Source: a virus
Strand: one strand, 5' to 3'
Virus record (IMG/VR): IMGVR_UViG_3300000052_000059
Coordinates: 1-33,614 of that record
DNA length: 33,614 bases
Within the stretch, counting starts at the first letter, position 1, and each line of letters starts with the position of its first letter. Of the stretch, positions 17,348-24,878 are shown piece after piece. The notes under the pieces are model-generated. The model had not been told where the DNA came from and searched no databases. It was given only the letters and a program-made list of their open reading frames with translations. The position numbers and the translations under genes were made by a program.

Positions 17348-17842
17348 ATGATCGATCCCATTACAGCCCTAGCAGGACTACAAAGTGCAATCAGCGTAGT
17401 CAAAAAAGCCAGCAAGGTCGCAAATGATCTGGCTGGTTTAGCTCCATCTATTGCCAAGATGTTTGATGCCAAAAGCGTGGCCACCAAAGCAATGGTGGAG
17501 GCCAAACGCTCTGGCAACAAGTCAAACCTTGGCACAGCCTTACAGATCGAGATGGCGCTCGATGAGGCCAAGCGCTTTGAAGCCGAGTTGATGATGTTGT
17601 TCCAAGCCACTGGCCGCGCTGATGTGTGGCAAAAAATCAAAGAGCGCCAACAGCAAATGGACATCGAGGACGCGCATCTTGCACGCCAAGCCAAAGCCGA
17701 AGAAAAGAAGCGAAAAGAAGATGAAGCCGAGCAAATGGCATGGGCTGTTGGCATTGTCGTGATCGTGATGCTTCTTGGTGCAGTCGGTTGGGGAATTGCT
17801 GAGATTCAAGACTTGTGCGCTAAAACGCGTTGTGGGCGATGA
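17348..17842 (+). CDS. Coiled-coil protein with a C-terminal transmembrane segment (164 aa)
   Basis: ATG 17348 (MIDPITALAG...) is preferred over GTG 17327. It has a charged helical middle and the TM segment WAVGIVVIVMLLGAVGWGIA. Confidence 0.5.
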   Translation: MIDPITALAGLQSAISVVKKASKVANDLAGLAPSIAKMFDAKSVATKAMVEAKRSGNKSNLGTALQIEMALDEAKRFEAELMMLFQATGRADVWQKIKERQQQMDIEDAHLARQAKAEEKKRKEDEAEQMAWAVGIVVIVMLLGAVGWGIAEIQDLCAKTRCGR

Positions 17843-17988
17843 ATGAGTATCAAAAGCAATTTGACCAATTCCTCAAAATCTTTGTGCGATTGTGCATTGT
17901 TTGGTGGGTGCTTGGCCTGCTCAAATTTTTGCCAGACGAGCTGGCCGACAAGGTTGTCAATAAACTACTTGGGATGATTGGACTATGA
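17839..17988 (+). CDS. Small membrane protein, 49 aa (MNEYQKQFDQFLKIFVRLCIVWWVLGLLKFLPDELADKVVNKLLGMIGL); not in the ORF track
   Basis: It exactly fills the gap between two genes, with ATGA overlaps at both ends (17839..17842 and 17985..17988). One clear TM helix. Confidence 0.55.
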   Translation: MNEYQKQFDQFLKIFVRLCIVWWVLGLLKFLPDELADKVVNKLLGMIGL

Positions 17989-18596
17989 GCGAAGAAAAGC
18001 CAGCAGATATATTGAGCAAGGTTCTGTCCTATGTGGATAGCCCATTCAAACTGTTTGCGCTGATACTCATGGCAGTGTTTGCATTTGCAGGGTACTTTGT
18101 TTGGCAAAACCAAGAGCTGCTGATGGGCGCGTACAAAGAGTCCAAGAAGATGCCAAGCATTGTTGAGGACAGAGTGGAGGACGCTGCGGCCCACTTATTT
18201 AAAACCACCAACGCCACCATTGTGGCCGTGTTCAAAGTGAACCCCATGTTTGGAACCCGAGTGCTGTATCGCGCTTACACCAAAGAGGGCAGGGACAAAA
18301 CCAATGATGGGCTTGATGTTGGCCTATTTACCCAGAACGCAGCCAACAACGCTGATGTTGTCAGGCTGATGGCAAGCGAGATTCCTTGCGGTGAATACCG
18401 ATCAGCGCAATCCGAGATGGGCCTGTGGTACATCGCCAAGGGTGTCACCTACACATGCCGAATCAGCATCCCACCTGACCCAAGCCGGTTTGTTGGCCAA
18501 ATCACTGTTGGCTGGGATAATGAACCCGCTGACATTCAAGTGGCAAGAACCATGATGGAAATTGCAGCAACCATGCTTTCAAGGAGCAAACAATGA
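17985..18596 (+). CDS. Membrane-anchored protein (203 aa) with an N-terminal TM helix
   Basis: TM segment FKLFALILMAVFAFAGYFVW. Coupled on both sides and lies directly upstream of the holin. Function unknown. Confidence 0.5.
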   Translation: MSEEKPADILSKVLSYVDSPFKLFALILMAVFAFAGYFVWQNQELLMGAYKESKKMPSIVEDRVEDAAAHLFKTTNATIVAVFKVNPMFGTRVLYRAYTKEGRDKTNDGLDVGLFTQNAANNADVVRLMASEIPCGEYRSAQSEMGLWYIAKGVTYTCRISIPPDPSRFVGQITVGWDNEPADIQVARTMMEIAATMLSRSKQ

Positions 18597-19003
18597 TCGC
18601 ACTCGACGCACTTCTGAATGTGGGCGGCAAGCTCATCGACAAACTGATTCCTGACCCAGAGGCCAAGGCTAAAGCGCAACTGGAGTTGGCAAAGCTGGCG
18701 CAAGAGGGTGAGCTGGCAAAGATGGCCAACGACACCAAGCTGTTCGAGGTGGAACAACAGAACACCACAGATCGATGGACAGCAGACATGGGGTCAGACT
18801 CTTGGCTCTCCAAAAACATTCGGCCTATGGCCCTCATAGCCATCTTCTTGGCCTATTTCATCTTCACTGCAATGTCGGCCTTCGGCTACAACGCTCAAGA
18901 ATCCTACGTCCAGCTGCTTGGCCAGTGGGGGCAGATCATTTTCTTGGCCTACTTTGGTGGCCGAACCGTTGAGAAACTCGCAGACATGAGGAGCAAAAAG
19001 TGA
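18593..19003 (+). CDS. Holin, GTA-type 3TM family-like (136 aa)
   Basis: The N-terminus GGKLIDKLIPDPEAKAKAQLELAKLAQEGELA...DRWTAD matches the recalled GTA_holin_3TM signature. Hydrophobic C-terminal segments. Lies directly upstream of the endolysin. Confidence 0.7.
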   Translation: MIALDALLNVGGKLIDKLIPDPEAKAKAQLELAKLAQEGELAKMANDTKLFEVEQQNTTDRWTADMGSDSWLSKNIRPMALIAIFLAYFIFTAMSAFGYNAQESYVQLLGQWGQIIFLAYFGGRTVEKLADMRSKK

Positions 19004-19437
19004 ATCTCACACCACATTTCACACTCGAAGAACTAACGGCCTCAGAGACCGCAGAACGCAACGGCTGGGACAACAGCCCCAATGACACCGAGCTGGCCAA
19101 TCTAACGCGCCTGGCAGACTTTCTGGAGCAGGTGAAAGTGGTGCTGGGTGGAAAGCCGATCATGATCAGCTCAGGCCTGCGCACAAAGCTGGTCAATGAT
19201 GCGGTTGGCTCAAAAGATTCGTCACAACATCGGACAGGTTGCGCTTGTGACTTTCGAGTGCCAGGCATGACACCGGATGAGGTAGTGCGAAAGATTATTG
19301 CCAGTACTATTGCTTACGACCAAGTAATTCGTGAGTTTGATCGCTGGACACATATCAGCATTTCAAATAGCGAGGACACTAGCCCACGCAAGCAGGCGCT
19401 TATCATCGATAAGGCAGGCACTAGACCTTTTGCATAA
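19000..19437 (+). CDS. Endolysin, peptidase M15 (L-Ala-D-Glu / D-Ala-D-Ala peptidase type), 145 aa
   Basis: HFTLEELTASETAERNGWDN...SSGLRT...SQHRTGCACDF...WTHISI carries the H-x-D...H zinc-ligand pattern of M15A phage endolysins. Confidence 0.8.
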   Translation: MNLTPHFTLEELTASETAERNGWDNSPNDTELANLTRLADFLEQVKVVLGGKPIMISSGLRTKLVNDAVGSKDSSQHRTGCACDFRVPGMTPDEVVRKIIASTIAYDQVIREFDRWTHISISNSEDTSPRKQALIIDKAGTRPFA

Positions 19438-19445
19438 CTAACCAG

Positions 19446-19907
19446 TTATTCAATCTCTACCACTAGATTGCCATTAGAGCGAATATATTGTTTTGTTTTT
19501 TGAATGTATTTTTCAAACTCTGATCTTGCGATACTGCCCTGTTGCAGATCAGCGTATTCAATTAATTCTCTAATCGCTTTAATGCCAATACCATCTAAGC
19601 CCATTTGCATTGTCTCTTGATAACGTAATGCGGCTTTGTGAAGGCTATCCTGTGCTATCTCGCATATGGGTAACACTTCTGGACCTACTCCACTTTTACC
19701 CATCATTTCGGATAGATTTAACACATCGACTAATGTGCGCCAATCAGAGATAGTTCCGGAACCCTTAACCATTGCATCCAAAGCTGAGTACTCCATGAGT
19801 CGCAGCTTGTTTAGTTTATCTCGCTCTGTTATGGCAGCTCCTGTGAGAGCATGTGTGATCGTGTTGATCTGAGTTGACCAAATCTTACGCTTAGTTCTTT
19901 TTCTCAT
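19446..19907 (-). CDS. Conserved hypothetical protein (153 aa), last gene of the leftward operon
   Basis: Clean ORF with ATGA coupling to the upstream gene. Basic N-terminus MRKRTKRK. The family is recalled from proteobacterial prophages. Function unknown. Confidence 0.55.
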   Translation of the reverse strand: MRKRTKRKIWSTQINTITHALTGAAITERDKLNKLRLMEYSALDAMVKGSGTISDWRTLVDVLNLSEMMGKSGVGPEVLPICEIAQDSLHKAALRYQETMQMGLDGIGIKAIRELIEYADLQQGSIARSEFEKYIQKTKQYIRSNGNLVVEIE

Positions 19908-20110
19908 TTTTTCATATTTCGCACAAAAACTGCAAATGATGCTGCCGTATCTCCAAACGGAAGTTTCGCAAGTTCTTGAGCAACTTCTTCCAACACTTGG
20001 TTTCTTTGTGATGGAGAAACGAAAATATCAAAGTGATACGGCTGGCCGGACTTCATGGCATTTTCATGTTCAATGCGTTCGAACTCGTCATCTTCGTCAG
20101 TGTGAATCAT
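19904..20110 (-). CDS. Small acidic hypothetical protein (68 aa)
   Basis: ORF coupled at both ends. Starts MIHTDEDDEFERIEHE. Confidence 0.5.
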   Translation of the reverse strand: MIHTDEDDEFERIEHENAMKSGQPYHFDIFVSPSQRNQVLEEVAQELAKLPFGDTAASFAVFVRNMKK

Positions 20111-20340
20111 GTGTTATTTTCCTTAAGCACTCTTTCTGCCCATTCAGCACCAGCAAAAAATGTTTCTGTCTGATAGCGTATATCAGGTTTTTGAATTTCA
20201 TCTAAACCTACCCATTTGCGATGTGCTATTAACTTAGCAAAGGCTTCAAGATAGTGAATAAACTTTTTTCTGTCTAGGCCCATGCCGTACAGCGCTAAAC
20301 CTGATGCCTCTGCCATCTCAATGATTTCATCTTGTGTCAT
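20107..20340 (-). CDS. Hypothetical protein (77 aa from ATG 20340; the track version begins at TTG 20454)
   Basis: MTQDEIIEMAEASGL... is a typical small phage protein start. The 38-codon upstream extension is W/C/G-rich and begins at TTG, so the start is uncertain. Confidence 0.5.
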   Translation of the reverse strand: MTQDEIIEMAEASGLALYGMGLDRKKFIHYLEAFAKLIAHRKWVGLDEIQKPDIRYQTETFFAGAEWAERVLKENNT

Positions 20341-20497
20341 CTTGACCACCAAGTCACCAACAGTACGGCCAAACCAGCACCAATGGCAAAAGCCAGCACA
20401 TACCCAGCCACACGCTCCCAAAGTGGCTCCTCGCGGCCATAACCCTGTACCCAAGTACAGTCTGCAAAATTACGTGGTGTTTGAAAATTTGAATTTT

Positions 20498-20704
20498 TCA
20501 TAATTTTTTAATCCGATAATCTGCTTTGTTGAAGTCACCCATGTAGTTGTTTTTCACAGCATAAGTTAATTCGTTTAGAAAATCTGCAAGTTCTGCTTCT
20601 GCTGCTTCGTAAGTATCAAACTGTACTGGAGTGTCGTTCAATGAGTCTGACCAAGTGTTTTCCCATGTGTCGGGATGTGTCAGCGTTTGCACTTCGTAAG
20701 TCAT
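20498..20704 (-). CDS. Small acidic hypothetical protein (68 aa)
   Basis: Clean ORF with 13 Asp/Glu against 5 Lys/Arg by count. Confidence 0.5.
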   Translation of the reverse strand: MTYEVQTLTHPDTWENTWSDSLNDTPVQFDTYEAAEAELADFLNELTYAVKNNYMGDFNKADYRIKKL

Positions 20705-20706
20705 TT

Positions 20707-20877
20707 TTACCCCCCAAATGCTGTTATGTAGTCGTCTACGGCCTCTGATAAATTCTCAGCAGGCCACCAACTAGGCGCGGTGTCTTTTACATCTTGTGCA
20801 TCTGCATCACTGAATTTGTAGCCCAGCTTGTCAGCGTAGGCTTTTATGTCCTCAAGGCTTGCATCTGCTAGTTTCAT
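20707..20877 (-). CDS. Small acidic protein, 56 aa (MKLADASLEDIKAYADKLGYKFSDADAQDVKDTAPSWWPAENLSEAVDDYITAFGG); not in the ORF track
   Basis: It fills an otherwise empty 170-nt gap. Its ATG overlaps the upstream TGA (ATGA at 20874..20877), and its stop lies 2 nt before the next ATG. Confidence 0.5.
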   Translation of the reverse strand: MKLADASLEDIKAYADKLGYKFSDADAQDVKDTAPSWWPAENLSEAVDDYITAFGG

Positions 20878-21041
20878 AATTCTTCAATTTCCGTGTCTGT
20901 CCATTCACCATTGTGCAAATAGTCGCCTTCGTCATGTTGTAGTAATCCAAGGGCTATGTTCTCAGCATCAGCTTGGTCGGTAGCTTCTACGGTGTAATGA
21001 GCGTAGGTTTCATATTTGAATGTAACTTGATAGCTTTTCAT
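20874..21041 (-). CDS. Small strongly acidic protein (55 aa from ATG 21041)
   Basis: ATG 21041 overlaps the upstream TGA (ATGA). The track start 21107 lies inside the upstream gene. 13 Asp/Glu against 2 Lys by count. Confidence 0.5.
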   Translation of the reverse strand: MKSYQVTFKYETYAHYTVEATDQADAENIALGLLQHDEGDYLHNGEWTDTEIEEL

Positions 21042-21253
21042 GATATTTTTTTTACATAATTCATAGCATCTCGCCACATTAACCATGCATCTTCGATGGT
21101 TGGCCATGTGTAAGTTAGATCGACTACAGACTCAGTTGCGTTATCTTTGTTGGCTAAAAAATAAAGCACATCATCACGATTTCCGATAGAAATACATCGC
21201 ATGTATGAATCCATGAATGCTTTTTCCATCTCGTTAGGGGTATAAGTTTCCAT
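21038..21253 (-). CDS. Hypothetical protein (71 aa from ATG 21253)
   Basis: Start 21253 lies 13 nt after the upstream stop (21267). The longer track version overlaps the upstream gene. Confidence 0.45.
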   Translation of the reverse strand: METYTPNEMEKAFMDSYMRCISIGNRDDVLYFLANKDNATESVVDLTYTWPTIEDAWLMWRDAMNYVKKIS

Positions 21254-21266
21254 GGTTTGCAATGCC

Positions 21267-21473
21267 TTATTTTTCAAGCCTATAGAACCACTTTTCACCA
21301 CGACGCTGACAGTCAATTTCAAATCCATTCTGTCTAAGTTCCGAAATAATGCTATTTACTGCACAAACATTAGCGTTCTTGATGATGTCTAGGGTAGTAA
21401 ATTCACCACCCTGAGACAGCAAATCAAGCACACGATTCAGGCGTTCGCTACTTTCAATGCTGGCTGCGTTCAT
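21267..21473 (-). CDS. Small winged-helix DNA-binding protein (HTH_39-like), 68 aa
   Basis: RLNRVLDLLSQGGEFTTLDIIKNANVCAVNSIISELRQNGFEIDCQRRGEKWFYRL matches the recalled pattern of small phage wHTH proteins. Confidence 0.6.
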   Translation of the reverse strand: MNAASIESSERLNRVLDLLSQGGEFTTLDIIKNANVCAVNSIISELRQNGFEIDCQRRGEKWFYRLEK

Positions 21474-21482
21474 GTTGACCTC

Positions 21483-21725
21483 TTAAAATGGAATATCAGA
21501 TTCGTCATCAAACTGTGGTTTGCGATTTTCTTGAGGTTTTGGGTCATTAAGATATGCCCAACCATCCCAACCACCTTCACGCAGTGGAATATTGTCCAAT
21601 TTAAGCATCGGACCATTTTTTGTTTCAATGATTGAGCCGATTCTCTGGTAACGCTTTTTTGTCTGACCCTCGCTGTTGCGGTATTCACCAACGATGCAGG
21701 AAATTTCTTTACTTACTTTTGACAT
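21483..21725 (-). CDS. Mini SSB-like protein (80 aa) with a canonical SSB C-terminal tip DDESDIPF
   Basis: GGAGA SD before ATG 21725. The track start 21878 lies inside the exonuclease gene. The C-terminal acidic D-I-P-F tail resembles bacterial SSB. It sits in the ERF/exonuclease module. Confidence 0.55.
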   Translation of the reverse strand: MSKVSKEISCIVGEYRNSEGQTKKRYQRIGSIIETKNGPMLKLDNIPLREGGWDGWAYLNDPKPQENRKPQFDDESDIPF

Positions 21726-21726
21726 T

Positions 21727-22362
21727 TCATTCTCCAATGATTGATTTAAGGGAAATAACTTTGGCATCGACTTCTGCCAAAAATGTGATGACTTCATCAT
21801 CTGCGATCTTGAGCCAATCGGCATTGCGCTCGACTCGATAAACAAAAAGTTGTGCTTTGGCCGGCATCCGTGGGTCAAAAACTACGTAATCGCACCAAGA
21901 CCTGTTAGCGCAACGCATTTGCCACTGCATCTGTGCATAATATTTTGCGTCTACTGGATTGCCATTTTGTGCATGAGTTAACCAACATTCCAAAGCAGTG
22001 CTTGATGATGGGCATTTGATCTCGACCATGCCATCATCGCCCACCAATCCATCAGGAGACGCTCCAGCCGCCTCAATATCGGGGTGAGGTATAAACCCCA
22101 CTTCCTCAACCATTTGACCTGTGTGCGTCTCATAAGCAGCTCGAGCAAATGGTTCTTGTTCCGTACCCCACTGCATTGCAGCATTGGAATATGACTCAGC
22201 TCTGGTTTGGGTAATACGTTCAAGCACAAGTTGCGTCATGTAATTGGTACGGCTGGCGCTGTAACCAGTTTTTGTTTTGGCAAGCACATCAGCCAATCGG
22301 CTTGCGGTGACTTTGCCCAAGCGATTTGCAAACCAGCTTTCAGTTCCTTGTTCTTCGTTCAT
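21727..22362 (-). CDS. YqaJ-type (lambda Exo-like) recombination exonuclease, 211 aa
   Basis: GTESWFANRLGKVTASRLADVL...GASPDGLVGDDGMVEIKCP is the YqaJ/PD-(D/E)XK signature. Confidence 0.8.
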   Translation of the reverse strand: MNEEQGTESWFANRLGKVTASRLADVLAKTKTGYSASRTNYMTQLVLERITQTRAESYSNAAMQWGTEQEPFARAAYETHTGQMVEEVGFIPHPDIEAAGASPDGLVGDDGMVEIKCPSSSTALECWLTHAQNGNPVDAKYYAQMQWQMRCANRSWCDYVVFDPRMPAKAQLFVYRVERNADWLKIADDEVITFLAEVDAKVISLKSIIGE

Positions 22363-22919
22363 GCTGTTTTCTCCTGTTTAGCACGCTCGACTCGTGCTTT
22401 CTTTGCTGCAATCACTTTTGCCTGGAGTCCCTGATTGCCTTCGCAAGCTGCAAGTGCGTCTTTATAGGCCTTTGCCAGCTCATCGCTGTTGCCACTAGCC
22501 TCAATTGCCGCCAGATGGTCAGTAATGTCAGGTGTAGGAATTGGCTTGCGTGTAGCAGCATTTCCGTCATCGTCCTCTGGAGCGATGCCACAAGCCGCCA
22601 TGAGGCTATATCTCCGAGCATAAGTCAAAGCACTACCGTAACCCTGAGGGTCTTGTTTGCTTGCTGGTACATGCAATTTGCCACATTCCAGCATCTCGCC
22701 TGATTCGTGAATAAATACAGTCTCTACTGTGACTCCGTTCATGTCTTCGCTTGTTCTTTGAATCATGGCAATGCCAGCTTCGTTTAAACCCTCAATGACA
22801 GCCTCTACGCAAGCACTTAGGTCTGCATATTTGCTTTTGAAATGCGGATTGGTAGATGATTTAAGAGCTGGCCCAAAGGCCTTTTGTGCCTTAACCAATG
22901 CAGTGGCGATATTTTTCAT
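22359..22919 (-). CDS. erf: ERF-family single-strand annealing protein, 186 aa
   Basis: ALVKAQKAFGPALKSSTNPHFKSKYADLSACVEAV...YGSALTYARRYSLMAACGIAPEDDD are typical ERF motifs. ATGA coupled to the exonuclease gene. Confidence 0.8.
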   Translation of the reverse strand: MKNIATALVKAQKAFGPALKSSTNPHFKSKYADLSACVEAVIEGLNEAGIAMIQRTSEDMNGVTVETVFIHESGEMLECGKLHVPASKQDPQGYGSALTYARRYSLMAACGIAPEDDDGNAATRKPIPTPDITDHLAAIEASGNSDELAKAYKDALAACEGNQGLQAKVIAAKKARVERAKQEKTA

Positions 22920-23095
22920 TTGTTACTTTCTAAAATTTCTGTTGTTTTGCCGAATAGAACTATTTCACATACGTTGTTCAAACCATCTTTGATGTAGATA
23001 TGTTTGACCAAGTATTCCGTTCCGTCTGTATGAGCGCAGACTGTTTCTTTTGTAGTTGTGGAAACTACGTCATGAATAAAATGAGTTGTTTTCAT
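22916..23095 (-). CDS. Hypothetical protein (59 aa from ATG 23095)
   Basis: GGAGAGG lies 6 nt before ATG 23095. The track start 23158 lacks an SD. Confidence 0.45.
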   Translation of the reverse strand: MKTTHFIHDVVSTTTKETVCAHTDGTEYLVKHIYIKDGLNNVCEIVLFGKTTEILESNK

Positions 23096-23179
23096 GCTTA
23101 ACCTCTCCATGCCAAAAGAACACCCCAGCCGCCAAAAATAATGATGGCCAAGGTGCATTCAATTAAAGTTGTGATGATC

Positions 23180-23452
23180 TTAGATTTCATTGCGGTCTTT
23201 CTGGATTTGATAAAAGTCAGCTTTAGCTTCTTGCATTAGGCGTTTGTATTCATCATTAGGAATGTCGTAAGTGATGTGATTGTCTTTAGCATCAAACACA
23301 AACACATCAAACATTTCCGCATAGTTATGATCGTGGGGATAGTTGATTTCTTCAGGGTAGTAGTCATAACCAACTTTGACGGTTTCAACTGTTTCGCCAT
23401 CGTCAAAAGAAACAACATCATCAAAATAGTATTGGAGTTTGATTTCAATCAT
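23180..23452 (-). CDS. Strongly acidic hypothetical protein (90 aa)
   Basis: Clean ORF with 22 Asp/Glu against 8 Lys/Arg by count. Confidence 0.5.
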   Translation of the reverse strand: MIEIKLQYYFDDVVSFDDGETVETVKVGYDYYPEEINYPHDHNYAEMFDVFVFDAKDNHITYDIPNDEYKRLMQEAKADFYQIQKDRNEI

Positions 23453-23461
23453 GATGACCCC

Positions 23462-23659
23462 TTAAGCGTATACAGCGTGGTGCATTTCGTAATAGGCTTG
23501 AGCATCTTCTGGAGTTGATGCTTCCCATTCACGGCAAATAGCAACCTCGTGACCATTGTTAAAAACAGCAATCCAAGCGGCAGGGATTGTGCAATTTAAG
23601 CGGTGATTGAAGTATTCAGCCTGAAGGTAAACTTCGGTGATTTCGAATTGTTTGCGCAT
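23462..23659 (-). CDS. Hypothetical protein (65 aa), first gene behind promoter module A
   Basis: AGGAG SD in the conserved leader ctatttaggagaaatcaaaATG. Confidence 0.5.
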   Translation of the reverse strand: MRKQFEITEVYLQAEYFNHRLNCTIPAAWIAVFNNGHEVAICREWEASTPEDAQAYYEMHHAVYA

Positions 23660-23705
23660 TTTGATTTCTCCTAAATAGACCCCAAGAAGTTCGGGGCATG
23701 TGTGT

Positions 23706-23733
23706 ATTGTATAGCGTTCTAAACAAGAATCAA
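23706..23733 (-). promoter_or_regulatory. Leftward promoter module A (TTGATT-N16-TACAAT on the minus strand)
   Basis: -10 at 23706..23711 and -35 at 23728..23733. The whole module of about 110 bp is duplicated at 24766..24880. Confidence 0.45.
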
Positions 23734-23751
23734 CAGTTTTTTATCTTTTTT

Positions 23752-23771
23752 TATTAGGACTTTCCCTAATA
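23752..23771. promoter_or_regulatory. Operator-like perfect inverted repeat TATTAGG-N6-CCTAATA (copy A)
   Basis: 7-bp arms read directly, 18 nt upstream of the -35 of module A and separated from it by an A-tract. Confidence 0.45.
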
Positions 23772-23775
23772 CGAT

Positions 23776-23789
23776 GAGGCCGAAGCCCC
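23776..23789 (-). terminator. Stem-loop downstream of the DUF932-like gene (GGGGC-UUCG-GCCUC on the minus strand, one G-U pair); no U-tract
   Basis: Read directly, 7 nt after the stop at 23797. It shares the GGGGCTTCGGCC core of the two strong plus-strand terminators but lacks a T-run, so it may attenuate or stabilise the transcript. Confidence 0.35.
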
Positions 23790-23796
23790 ATCTGTA

Positions 23797-24765
23797 TCAA
23801 GCCAATAAAAGTGATTCTGCTTCTGACTTCAGTCGGTTGCCATTGCCAAACCAAGCATTGTTCATGCGTGTATCTACGTTATGGCCTCGCTCATGGTCAA
23901 TGTATTGAGTCACCGCATTCAGCAAACCCCATCGTGTACCGTAAACGCCACTTTCTTGCGCTCCGATTCCAGCACCATCAAACAGTTCTAAAACACGCTT
24001 AAAGCCTCTAGATTCTTTGTAGGTTTGTGTTTGTGGGTCAAAGATTGCAGGGAATAATTCACTGACAAAACCTTTTGCATATCCGCTTGAAACACCAATT
24101 CGAGCAAGCGATCTGTATTTGTCCATCATTCCATCGAAGCCACCAACAATGATGCCGAGACGTTCACGCATCAGGCTTGCATCAAAGTCTGTGCCATGGG
24201 TCAACATCACGCGACTTGGTGAAGTCTCCGTATCAGCCGCAGAAAGTGTGTTATTGCACACAACTCGGATGCTGGTGAATTGACCGATCGTTGCAGCCGA
24301 ACCGTCAAATGATGTACTAAGAAGCAAATAACCTTTTACAGCATCATCATTAAGAACCACTGATTCTTTGTTGACATTTGCCAATGCCCAGATGCGCTTG
24401 CCGCCTTTTATCGCCCCTGCAACTTCAAGAGTAAAACCAGCCGATTGCACAAGCGTATTAAAAAAGTCCAAAACATCAGCTGGCTGGTGGATTTTGTAAC
24501 GATCTGAAACTACACCAAGTGGGATTTTGTTGTCATTGCGAAAAATTACATTTTTGTTTTCCACTTGTTGTGGTGCAGCAAGACCTTCAGGCCAAAACAT
24601 TACTGGAGAGACTTGTGCCTCCCAATCAAGTCCAGCCTCTTTGCGCCACACATCAATTGGTGCGTCTTGGGTAAGCTGTTGACCAAGACCATGCCAGGGA
24701 GTTTTGTTCGCGTATGCGATTTCTGCTTTGCCTGTTTGTGTGTTGTTTTCGATTAAATGTGCCAT
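23797..24765 (-). CDS. DUF932 / TIGR03299-like phage-plasmid protein (322 aa)
   Basis: The N-terminus AHLIENNTQTGKAEIAYANKTPWHGLGQQL and overall size match the recalled DUF932 family. It has its own promoter module. Confidence 0.6.
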   Translation of the reverse strand: MAHLIENNTQTGKAEIAYANKTPWHGLGQQLTQDAPIDVWRKEAGLDWEAQVSPVMFWPEGLAAPQQVENKNVIFRNDNKIPLGVVSDRYKIHQPADVLDFFNTLVQSAGFTLEVAGAIKGGKRIWALANVNKESVVLNDDAVKGYLLLSTSFDGSAATIGQFTSIRVVCNNTLSAADTETSPSRVMLTHGTDFDASLMRERLGIIVGGFDGMMDKYRSLARIGVSSGYAKGFVSELFPAIFDPQTQTYKESRGFKRVLELFDGAGIGAQESGVYGTRWGLLNAVTQYIDHERGHNVDTRMNNAWFGNGNRLKSEAESLLLA

Positions 24766-24812
24766 GATTTCTCCAAATAGACCCTTATGCGAAATTGCTA
24801 GGGCATGTGTGC

Positions 24813-24840
24813 ATTGTATATCTTTCTAAACAAGAGTAAA
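24813..24840 (-). promoter_or_regulatory. Leftward promoter module B (TTTACT-N16-TACAAT on the minus strand)
   Basis: -10 at 24813..24818 and -35 at 24835..24840. Paralogous to module A, including the conserved leader and SD. Confidence 0.45.
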
Positions 24841-24858
24841 TAATTAATGCGATATTTT

Positions 24859-24878
24859 TATTGGTACTTTCCCTAATA
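24859..24878. promoter_or_regulatory. Operator-like inverted repeat, copy B (TATTGGT-N6-CCTAATA, two mismatches in one arm)
   Basis: Same position relative to promoter B as copy A has to promoter A. It lies in the divergent control region. Confidence 0.4.
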
